A stretch of 64,000 bases of DNA, from assembly GCA_965248925.1 (NCBI GenBank), contig CBDFLE010000005.1, positions 1,504,001 to 1,568,000 of the forward strand, in the 5' to 3' direction. The position numbers were made by a program, and so were the translations under genes. Shown piece by piece: positions 32,701-44,700 of the stretch (its first letter is position 1; the number at the start of each line of letters is the position of its first letter). Under the pieces are notes generated by a model. That model saw only the letters and a program-made list of their open reading frames with translations, did not search any database and was not told the origin of the DNA. Source of the DNA: Candidatus Multivoradales bacterium. Lineage in GTDB: Bacteria > Acidobacteriota > Thermoanaerobaculia > Multivoradales > J023.

Positions 32701-35700
32701 TTAATCGCGGCGCGGAAGGCCGACTCCTGCTGGTACAACCCGGCTCCCATGTCGACGTAGTGATCGCCAAGGCCCGGCAGTAGGAAGGTCACCGGTCGTT
32801 CACTCGCTCGACTGATGCTGGTCAGCAATCGGCGCGGGGAGACCTTAGTCAGTACTTCGCGGGCATCTTCACCACTGCGACAGACCAAGATCTGCCGGTG
32901 CTCCAGGCGTCGCCTGCCAACCTGCAGAGTGAAGGCGACATCGGCCAGAGGGACTTGCGGGGACTTCCCCAAATAACTTGCCAAATTCGCCGTCGCCGCC
33001 GCTAACGCACTCTCGGTCTTGGCTGACAACAGCAGCAGTTGCCAGGGTCGCGAAAGCCCGGCCTCAGCTACCGCTGGCGCCTCCTCAAGCACAAAATGTA
33101 CGTTGGTGCCACCGAGGCCGAGGGCATTGACCGCGGCCCGCCGCGGCTTACCGTTGGAGCACCATTCGCGCCCCTCGGTCTGTACGTAAAAGGGACTGGA
33201 GTCGAAGTCGATCTGCGGATTCGGGCTCTCGAAATGCAGCATCGGTGGCAGCTGCTGGTGATGGAAAGCGCAGGCCATCTTGATCAAGCTGGCGGCTCCC
33301 GAAGCACGATCCATATGGCCGACATTGGTCTTCAGCGAACCAATGCCACAGAACTGGCGTTCGGCGGTCTCACGGCGGTAGGCACGGGTCAAGGCGGTCA
33401 CCTCGATCGGGTCACCGAGCTCGGTGGCAGTTCCGTGAGCCTCGATGTACTCGATCGACTCAGCCGCCACTCCGGCATCCAGCAGCGCGGCGCTCACCGC
33501 TGCCACCTGGCCCTCGACACTCGGCGCGGTGTAACCCACCTTCAGCGACCCGTCGTTGTTCATCGCCGAGCCCTTGATCACGGTGTAGATCGTGTCGCCA
33601 TCAGCAACGGCATCGCCGAGACGCTTGAGGACCAGAATGGCGACACCATTGCTGCTCAGGGCTCCTTTGGCGCGAGCGTCGAAAGTGCGAGTGTGACCGT
33701 CATCAGACTCGATGCCGCCTTCCTGGAAGAGATAGCCCACCGCATGCGGCACCGCTATGCGGGCTCCTCCGGCCAAGGCGATATCGCACTCACCGTCTAG
33801 CAGACTGCGACGGGCCATGTGGGTAGCCACCGCCGAGGTCGAGCAGAAGGTCTGAACGGTCACACTCGGTCCGGTCAGGTTGAGCTTGTACGACACCCGC
33901 GTGGCCAGCGAGTCGTTGGTGTTGCTGATGCCGGCTTGCAAAACCATCGCCGGATTGGTCTCGGCCTGGGCGGAGCGCACCAAGTTGTTAAACAGATAGG
34001 TACTGCTGTTGGTGCCGCCGAACACGCCGATCAAACCGGCATAGCTGCCAGAGTTGTAACCGGCGTGTTCGAGAGCTTCCCAAGAACACTCGAGAAACAG
34101 CCTTTGCTGGGGATCGAGCACGCTGGCTTCCATCGGCGAGAAGCCAAAGAGCTGGGCATCGAACTGATCGATGTCGTCGATTACCGCGCTAGCCCGCACG
34201 TAGTTGGGATCGGCGAGTTCCGCGGCGCTGACTCCAGCCTGCAAAAGCTCTTCTTCGCTGAGTGCCGAGATCGACTCGACCCCCTGCACCAAGTTGCTCC
34301 AGAACTGATCGACATCGGTGGCTCCCGGGAAGCGCCCGGCCATGCCGATGATGGCGACATCATCACGCTCCACCTGCCGGCGGAGGCACTCGCGGCGGCG
34401 GCGCAGCTCACTTTCGGCGGCCGACTCGCTCTCTAACTCCTCCTCTTCGGCATTCAGCAGTCGAGCCAACGAGCGCACGGTGGGAGCCTCGTAGAGCGCC
34501 ACCGGCGACAGCTCGACATCAAGCGCACTTTTGATCTCGTTGACCACTTGCAATCCGATCAACGAGGTGCCGCCCAAGTCAAAGAAGTTGTCGTCGATGC
34601 CAACACTCTCAAGGTTGAGAACTCGCTGCCAGATGTCGCCGATCTCGCGTTCCAGCTCGCTATCGGCGGCAACGTACTCGACACCGAGAACCGGTCGCGA
34701 ATGGCTCGCCACCTGAGACTGCCGCGATTCGGCGATCGCGTCGAACATCTTGTTCACCGAAAAATCCTGGCTGCCTTCGAGCAGAGTCTGGAACTCAAGG
34801 GTCGACACCACCATGCTCGAGAGGTCTCCCGACAAGATACGCTCCACCGCTTCCATGCCCTCGGTGAAGGAGATGCCAAAGCGGCGACGGCTTTCACGGA
34901 AGAACTCCTGCGCTTCCTGGTGGAAGCCCTCGAGTCCCTGCGACCAACTGTCCCACTGCCACTCACCCCAGGCGATCGCGGCCACTCGCCGATGGCGCGA
35001 AGGCAGTAGGGCGTAACTGTCGAGAAAGGCGTTGGCGGCGGCGTAGTCCACTTGCCCAGGGCCACCGCCAGTGATTCCCGAGGTCGAGGAGAAGAGCAGC
35101 AGGAAATCCAACGGCGGGGCGGTGGACAAAGCCTCTTCGAGGGCCAAGACGCCCTGCACTTTGGGGGCCAGAATCTCGGCCGATAATTGCCGGGTTTTCA
35201 GCTGCACGAGACCCTGCGGCGGAACTGCCGCGGTGTGAATAACTCCGTGGATCGCGCCAAAGTGCTCCAGCGCCTCTGCCACCGCCGCGCCGATCGCCCG
35301 CTGATCGGCGACATCGGCGCTCAGCGCCAGGACCTCGGCACCGGCCGCTTCGAGCGCCAGCACTCCGCGCAGCTTGCGCGCCAGGTCGGTGTCGGTATCT
35401 GCCGCGGCCACAAGCAGCGGCCATTCCTCCCGCGGCGGCAGGGTCGAACGTCCGAGCAACACCAAACGGGCACCTACGCTCCTAAAGAGATGCTCGGCAA
35501 GCGCCATGGCGATGCCACCGAGACCGCCGGTGATCAAATAGACACCCTCGCGACGCCAGGAAGGGCAACCATCCGTCGGCACCGCGGTCGACTGCCTCTC
35601 GTACCGTCGCAGCCAGCGCTCGGCCGAGCGTATAGCCACGATCTGGTCGGCGGGCTCGCCTGCCCTGATCTCCGCAGCCAGCAGAGCGGCGAGGGCCGGA

Positions 35701-38700
35701 ACCGCTGGGGCTGCTGGATCGGCGAAATCCGCCAAGGCCACGTCGATCATCCGACAGCTGATGTTCTCGTGCTCCTGGGGAATCACCTTGCACGGCCCCA
35801 TCAACGCTGCCTTGACCGGCTCGACCAAGTCACCTTCCAGCACTCGGAACTGCCGGTTGGAGACCAGCACCAGATCGACGTTCTCAAAACCACCCCGATC
35901 AGCCAACGTCTGGGTTAACAGGATGACGCCATGGAAACCCAAATCGAGGCCCGCTGCGACCTCGGCAACCTCGGCCGGCTGCTGACTTGCCGCCGTAACA
36001 CTCCACAGATGGATAACCCCGCAAGGCACCTGGTGGCCAGTGAGCAGCCGCTCGTAGTCGGCCCGGCGGCCAGGATTGATGGCGTAGGATCCTTCGGCGT
36101 GGCGGATGAAACGATCGCCGGCCGCGACCGTCACCACCTCCTCGCCGACTTCGCGAAGTTGCTCAGCCAGGGCCAATCCCAGACCTTGACCGTCGATCAT
36201 GACCCACCACGGCCGCCCCTCGCCGGACCCCGCGGCGGGCTCAGGAGACGGCAGGGCAAGGCTGTCAACAGCACCAGCGGAGGTCCGCGGCAGGGCTTTC
36301 AGCAGCACCACGGCAGGCACGCTCTGCTCCTCGGACAGCTGCTCGCGGAGGCCGTTTTCGAGGGCACCGACCAAGGTCGCATCCTCCACCTTGGCGACGG
36401 CACGGAGAAAGGCCCGCCGTTGACGATGGCGAATGCTGGGAGCGGGCTCGGGCAGGTCGCGAATGGCGAACAAATTGTAGAGCACCGAGCCTTTGAGCAG
36501 CGGGTCCTGCTCGATAACCACTTGGAATCCACGCTCCTGTAGCAACCGCTCGATCTGTTCCAAGCGACCCTCCAGGTCGTGCACCTCGATGACGATCTGG
36601 CGGATCAATTTCCAATGCTCCTCACGCAAGCCGGCCAGCACCTCGAGCTCTGCTTTCTGCACGTCGATCTTCAGCAGATCAATACAGCCGACCTCGCACT
36701 CGTCGATCACATCCGAGAGCACCCGCAGGCGACATTCGAAAGTCTCACTACGGAAGCGCTCTTCGAGCAGGCCGTCGGCGAAACCCAACAACTCGCCAAC
36801 CCCCTTGATGCCGGCATCGCGCTCGCGCTCCATCATCAACTTGAGAATCTCTTTCTCTTCTTCCTTGTCGGCGTGAAAGGAGGACATTCCCGAACTTTTG
36901 GGATAGAAAGTGAACTCGGCCATCGCCGCACGATCGGCGATGCCAAAATTGAACAATCGGGCATTCACCTGATTGAGAGCGATATTGAGACGCAGCTTGT
37001 CGAACAACGGCGGCGCCGGCTCAAAGGCATAGATCAGAGGGTCTTTGCAGGCTTGGTGGGCAAAGAGGGTGAAGGAACCAATGTTGGCGCCAACATCAAA
37101 CACGCACGCTCCGTCGCGCAGCTCGATGCCATTGCGGCGGTAGATCTCCTTCTCGAAGATATCCTCATAGAAGTGCTCCGCCTCGGTCTGGCCCTGGCAA
37201 ACCACCTCCATGCCGTTGGGCCAGGTCTGCACCCGCTCCCCTTCGACCACGGCAGCAGGTAGTTCGGTCGGTACCACGTAGGCCACCAGACTCTCGCCGG
37301 CGCCGCGAGGCTCGGTGTGAACCTCACGGACGCCTGACTGGGCGAGCAGCAGCGCCGTCACCTGCTGCTCTCGCTCACCGCTCCCGACCACCACCTCGGC
37401 CGAATCGGCGGCGCTGTCCTCGGCCTCTTCGCGATGCCACACCGGGGCGTAGAACCAGTCGTCATAGGCCTCCTTGTGCAGGTCGGCAAGGTGGCGCTCG
37501 ATCACCGAACTCTGTGGCGCGGCCTTGGCGCTGGTCTGGAGCCAATAGCTCTGGCGCTCGAAGGGGTAGCCAGGCAGCGGTATGCGGCCGCGTTGCAAAC
37601 GGTGGGTCGCTGCCCAGTCGACCGCGACACCGGTCATCCACAGCCGACCCATGCTAGCGAGCAAGAAGGCTCGATCCGGCTGCCGGTTGTACAAGGCCCG
37701 CAGGGTCGATGCGGTCCGCGCGCCGCGCGCCGCATCACACTCGGGATGCTGTTTGGCGAAGGAGATTAGGGATTGGCCTGGTCCGACTTCCACCAGTGTC
37801 GAGTCGCTGCTCAGGAGTTGGCCAAGACCGTCGCTGAATCTCACCGTCTCGCAGAGATGGCGGATCCAGTAGCTCGGGTCGACCGCTTCTTCAGGTCGGA
37901 TCCAGGTGCCGGTGACATTCGACACGTAGGGAATCTGTGGCGCGGCGAGTTCGAAACTCTCGATCAGCTCTCGTAACGGCGTGGCGATCGCCGCCATCAT
38001 CGGCGAATGGGCGGCGATCGAACCGGCCAGGCGGCGGTAGACCACCCCCCGCTGCTGCAACTCCACCTCGAGCACCACGACCGCCTCGAGCGGTCCGGAA
38101 ACCACCTGCAAGCTGGGACCGTTGACCACCGCGATGACCAGGTCGTCACCGAGCAGCGGCTCGAGCTCCGCGGCAGGCAAGGGTACGGCGACCATGGCGC
38201 CGGGAGGCAGCTCATCGATCAAACGCGCCCGGCGGCAAACCAGGGTCAGGGCATCTTCCAGGGTGATGACTCCGGCCAGGCAGGCGGCCACGTACTCACC
38301 CAAGCTGTAGCCGAGAAGGGCCTGCGGACGCACCCCCCAGTCGAACAGCAGGTGGGCCATCGCATAGTCGATCACGAACACCATCAAGTGAGCAAAGACG
38401 GTGCTCTGCTGCTGGCCATCGCCAAGGTCCGCGCCCCGCACTCGCAACATATTCCGCATGTCGAGCTTGGTGGAGCGCTCACCCTCGGGCTCACTGTCTT
38501 CAGCAACATCGGAAAAGAGCTGATCGCGCAAGTCAGAGCCGAGTTCGTCGCGGAGCAGCTCGCAACACCTATCGACGGTGCGGCGAAAAGCGGGCTCTTG
38601 GCGATAGAGTCCCAAACCCATGTCCGGGTAGTGATCGCCGACCCCAGGCAATAGAAAGCTCACCTGGCGGTCACGACGAACCTCAGCATGGGTTTCCAGC

Positions 38701-41700
38701 CGGCTGCCATCTGCCAAACCGGCGACGGCATCTTTGAGATCTAGGGCCACTAAGGCTCGGCGGTGCTCAAAAAGGCGGCGGCCGGCTTGCAAGGTGTAGG
38801 CGAGATCACCGAGCTCGACAGTGGGACGGCTTTCCAGGTATTGGCCTAGGTTGCTGGTGGCCTGTTCGAGAGCGGCCGCGGTGCGGGCCGAAAGCACCAA
38901 CAATTGCCACTCTCTCGAGGGGTTCTCGGCCGCTGGCGGCGCCTCCTCAAGAATCATGTGGACGTTGGTGCCACCGACTCCGAGGCTACTCACCCCGGCC
39001 CGTCGTCTGCCCTTCGCCGGTGCCGGCCAAAGCTGCAACTCAGTGCTGATATAGAACGGGCTACCGTCGAGACCGAGTTTTGGATTGGCTTGCTCGAAGT
39101 GCAGGGTCGGCGGTAGGCATTGGTGCTCGAGGGCCAACACCACCTTGATCAAGCTGGCGACTCCGGCGGCCCGATCCAGGTGCCCGACGTTAGCCTTCAC
39201 CGATCCCAAGGCGCAGAAACTCTGGTCGCTGGTGTGCTGGCGAAAAGCTCGGCTGAGGGCGATCACCTCGATCGGATCACCGAGCGGCGTGGCGGTGCCG
39301 TGGGCCTCGACCAACTGCAAGCTGTCCGCGCTGACCGCCGCTTGGTCCAGCGCCCGCTGCACCACCGCGGTCTGAGCATCGACGCTGGGAGCGGTGTAGC
39401 CGATCTTCAGCGAGCCGTCGTTGTTGATCGCCGAGCCCTTGATCACCGCGCGGATGTTGTCGCCGTCGGCGACAGCGTCTTCGAGACGCTTGAGCACCAG
39501 CAGGCCGACCCCTTCGCCGAACACCGTGCCGGTGCCACGGGCATCAAAACAACGGGTGTGGCCATCGTCGGAGACGTACTCCCCCTGGGTGAAGCTGTAG
39601 CCCGTCTTCTGCGGAACGTGCAGCGAAACACCTCCGGCCAGCGCCATATCGGCTTCGCCGTCGAGCAAGGTGCGCACCGCGAGATGGATCGCCACGGCCG
39701 AGGTGGAACAGAAAGTCTGCACCGTGAAACTCGGCCCCGTGAGGTTCAGCTTGTAAGACACCCGGGTGGCCAGCGAATCTCGGTCATTGGCGATCGAGGC
39801 CTCCAAACCCACCATCCAGCGCAGGATCTCCGGATCCTGGAGGTGGCCCATCAAGTAGGTGCTGATATTCGATCCACCAAAGACCGCCACCCGGCCGTCG
39901 CAGCGCAGCGAGTCATAGCCGGCGTTCTCCAGCGCTTGCCAGGAACACTCCAGAAAGAGCCGGTGCTGCGGATCGGTGTAGGTGGCCTCGCGCGGGCTGA
40001 AACCAAAGAACTCAGCGTCGAACAGATCGGAGTCTTCGAGAATCGGCCGTGCAGCGACGTAGTCTTCGCGACCATAGTCGGCCGGGTCGACACCTGCCTC
40101 GGCCAGTTCTTCCTCAGTAAAGTAGGAGACCGACTCCACCCCATCGCGGAGGTTGCGCCAGAACTCCTCGGCGTCGCGAGCGCCGGGAAAACGACAGCTC
40201 AAGCCGATGATGGCGATGGCACCGCTGCCGCCCCCCGGGGGCGTACGAGGACGCGGCGTGGCTTCTTGCAGCGGCTTGCTGGGGCCGGTTTGGGCAGCCA
40301 AGCGTTTGGCCAGCTCGGTGATTGTCGGCGCTTCGAACAGAAACACCGGCGAGAGCTGCACCTCGAGCTCTTTCTGCAGCTCCGAAACCACCTGGATGGC
40401 GGTCAAAGAGGTGCCCCCGAGATCGAAATAGTTGTCGTCGATACCGATCTTGTCAATGCCCAGACTGCGCTGCCAGACCTCGACGATCTTCGCCTCCAGA
40501 TGGTCGCTCGGCGGCATGTAGGCGCTCTGTAGATTGGGGCGCGAATACACCGCCGTCGGGCGATTCGCCGCCGTCGGGTCGGCGCCCCCGCGGCGCTCGA
40601 CCCAGAGTTCGAGGCGAGCCTGTAGGTCGCCGGTAGAATTGACCACTTGGGGTCCCGGTAGAGCGCTGACCAGGCGCTCGAAAGCCGCCACACCTTCACT
40701 CGGCGACATCTCAAACTCGGCGATGGTCTTGCCGATCACCTGATGCTGGGATGGGCTGAGCTGCCAGGTATCCCAAGCGACCGCCAGCCAAGGCGAGAGA
40801 CCTCCACCGCGCTGACGGCTCAGGCAGAAGGAATCCATGAAGGCATTGGCGGCGGCGTAAGCAACTAACCCAAGGCCGCCCAAGACCGTCGACAACGAAG
40901 ACATCAGCAAACAGAAGTCGAGTTCGCGCCCAGCCAAGATCTCATCCAGGACCCGCAGACCGTCGATCTTGGGGCGGAAATGCCATTCCGCTTGCTGACG
41001 CGTGATGTCCTGAATCACCCCAAAGGCCGCCGGGTCGGAAATGCCGGCGGCGTGAATGACCCCATGCAACTCGCCAAACTCATCCAGCAGACGAGCCAGG
41101 ACCTCCTCCATGCCCTGTTTGTCGGCAACGTCGGCGGCAAGCACCAGCACCTTGGCACCGCACTCCTCGAGCCGGCGTACCAGGCGGATCTTCTCGCTCA
41201 GCGCGTTGTCTGCTCCATGTTCGCTGAGATACTCGTCCCAATCCCCAACCGGCGGCAGCACCGAGCGCCCGACCAGCACCAGCCGTGCTTGGTAAGTGCT
41301 GGCCAGATGATCGGCCAGCACTCGGGCGACGCCACCGAGACCGCCGGTGATCAGATAGACCCCATGGTGGCGGAGATTGACCTCGCCAGCAGCCGCGGCC
41401 GGTACTTGGAGAGGAGTAAATTCCAAGCGGAAGCGCTGGCCACCGCGCCAGGCCACCCGCCCCTGGCCAACCGCTCCGGCGGCGGTGACCTCGGCGCAGA
41501 ACTCTTGGAGACGCGGCCCGTCGGCGGCTAGCTCGGCGGCTACCACGTCGATGCTGCGGCAGCGCAGGGTCGGAAATTCCTGCGGGATGATCTGGGTCGG
41601 GCCCAGCAACGTCGCCTTGGCCGGCAGCAGCCGGTCGCTGTCGAAGACCCGGTGCAGCCGATCGGAAATCACCATCATGTCGAGCGAGGTGGTCAAATAG

Positions 41701-44700
41701 TGGCCACCGAAAGTCTGCGCCAGGTGGATCAAGCTGAAATAGCCAAGTTCTTGCAGAGCCTGCGGCTCGACCGGATTGTCGCCGGTGACCGTCCACAGAT
41801 GCAGCAGCCGGCTCGGCAGCTGATCACGCTCTTTCAGTCCGCGGCACAAGCGCTTGTAGTGGTCGCGACGGCCCGGTTGAAGGGTCCAGGCAGCACCGTC
41901 CTGGCCACTGGAAAAATCATCAGCAGCCTCGACCAAGACCACTTCCCGGCCAGACTCCTGCAAGGCGCCGGCAACCCGTCCCCCGATACCGAGCCGATCG
42001 CAAAAGATCAGCCAACGTTCGCCGCGGGCTGGCGCCGAGAACCTGGGCACACTGGCGGCTTGCCATGCGGGCAGATAGAACCAGTCGGCGATCTGCGACT
42101 TCTTGCCCGCGCCGGTGGACGGCGTGACCGCGGCCGTCGCAGCTGGCGGCACCCAATAGCTGACGTTGTCGAAGGCATAGGTCGGCAATGCCAGCCGGCG
42201 GCGGCGCTCGCCGCCGTAGAATTTGACCCAGTCGACTTCGACCCCGGCCAGCCACAACTTGCCCACCGTGGTCAGCAGGAAGGCCGAGTCGTCGAGCTGC
42301 CGCAACAGGCCATGGGAAACGGTGGCCAACACCACCCGCTCGCCGCTCGCCTCACGATCCGGATGCTGCCGCACGAAGGAGCCCAGGGACTGGCCCGGCC
42401 CGACTTCGAGCAGCACCGCGTTGTCCCGCTGAAGGATCTCGTCCAGACCCTGCGCGAATCGCACCGTCTGGCAGAGGTGACGCCCCCAGTAGGCGGGATC
42501 GGTCGCCTCGTCATCGGTAATCCAGGTACCGGTAGCATTGGCAACGTACGGAACCCGCGGCGGCTTGAGTTCGAAGGTTCCGAGCAGTGCCTCGAGTTCT
42601 TTTGCCACCGGCTTCATCATCGACGAATGAACCGCTCGCGAAGTCTGCAACCGGCGGCAGGCGACCTGCCTATTGTTCAGCAGTGACTCCAGGGCGTTGA
42701 TCGCCGATTCGGGACCCGAAACCACCCCCATCGCCGGACCGTTGATCACCGCCAGACTCAATTCGTCACCCAGCAAGGCCTCGATCTCGGCGGTCGGCAG
42801 CGGCAGCGCAAGCATTGCCCCCGGGGGCTGCTCTTCGATCAACTGTGCCCGACGAACGGTCAAGGCGAGGGCATCTCTCAACTCCAGCACGCCGGCGATG
42901 CAGGCGGCGGCGTATTCGCCCAGGCTGTGGCCGATCAACGCCGTCGGCACCAGCCCCCAACTTTCCAACAAACGGGCCAGGGCAATCTCGACGACGATGA
43001 TCGCCGAGTGGGTGAGGGCCATATTGCCGAAGGTCTCTACCGCCGGCTCGGCCGGGCCATCCCCTCCTCTTGCCAACTGGCGAAAGTCCGGCCGAGCCGG
43101 TGCCTCGGCCCCAGCACTAGGGAACAACACCGGGCGCAGATCCTGGCCCAAGAGGGGGAGCAACAGCTCGGCACACTTGTCGACCTGACGCTGAAACACC
43201 GGTTCGCTAGCGTAGAGGCCGGCGGTCATTCCGGGGAATTGATCACCGACGCCGGGGAAGAGAAAGACCACCTCGCGGTCGCGATGCTCTTGGTACGCAG
43301 TCAGCAGCCGACTCGGCTCCGCCCCACCGAGACAGGCCACCGCATCGCCAAGATCCTGGCACACCGCAATCCGCCGGTGGTTGAAGGCACTGCGGCCGAG
43401 GTGCAGGGTGTGGGCGACATCGGCCAGATCGAACTCGGGATGGGCGCTGAGGTGATCGCGCAGCCGCTGACCCGCTGCGGTGAGAGCGGTATCGGTCTTG
43501 CTCGATAGAGCGACCAGCTGCCAGGGTCGTGGTGAAGGGGTCGCGGGGGTGCGCGGCGGCGCCTCCTCCAACACGACGTGAGCGTTGGTCCCCCCCAAGC
43601 CAAAAGAGTTGACCCCCGCCCGGCGCGGCGCACCGGCAGTGGTCCACGGTTTGGTCGTGGTGTTGACATAGAACGGCGAGGCATCCCAGTCGGCGTCCGG
43701 GTTGGGATTCTCGAAATGCAGACTGGGTGGGATCTCGCGATGATTCAATGCCTGCGCTGCGCAGATCAAGCCGGTGACCCCGGAGGCTCGATCCATATGC
43801 CCGATACTGGTCTTGATCGAAGACAGAGCACACTTCTGCCGGCCCTGCACCTCGCCGAAAGCCCGCATCAGGGCTGCGATCTCGATCGAATCTCCCAGCT
43901 GGGTTCCAGTGCCGTGAGCCTCGATGTAGGAAATGGTCGCCGGATCGACCTCGGCATTGGCCAGTGCTTCGGCGATGACCGCGCTCTGGCCGCGCAGGCC
44001 CGGAGCGGTGTAACCCACCCGCTCTATCCCGTCGTTGTTGACCGCCGAACCCTTGATCACGGCGTAGATCGAGTCGCTGTCGGCCAGCGCATCTTCCAAC
44101 CGTTTGAGCATCACGATGCCCAAACCCTGGCCCATGACGCTGCCGTTGGCTTGGGCGTCGAAGGCTCGGCAATGGCCGTCCGGAGAGAGGATGCCTCCCT
44201 CTTGGAAGACATAGCCATGACCTTGGGGAAAGCTGATCGCCACTCCACCGGCCAAGGCCCCGTCGCATTCGCCGATAACCAGGCTCTGACAAGCCAGGTG
44301 CACGGCCACCAAAGAGGTCGAGCAGAAGGTCTGAATCGACAAGCTCGGCCCCTTGAGATCGAGCTTGTAGGACACCGTCGAGGCCAACGAGTCGCGCTCG
44401 TTGCCCACCGCCAGCTGTAAGCCGCCGATCAACTCCATCAACTCGGGATGGGTCGCCAGGTTGTTCTGCACGTAACTTTGAAATCCCGAACCGGCAAAGA
44501 CGCCAATCAATCCAGGGAAAGTCTCGGGACAGAGGGCGGCGTCCTCAAGCGCCTCCACCGCACTTTGCAGGAACAGCCGGTGCTGCGGATCCATTACCTC
44601 CGCTTCGCGCGGGGTGTAGCCAAAGAAGGAAGCATCGAAAAGGTCCGCCTGCTCGACCAAGGTCCCAGCCGCCACGTATTGCGGCTGCCGCATCAACTCC

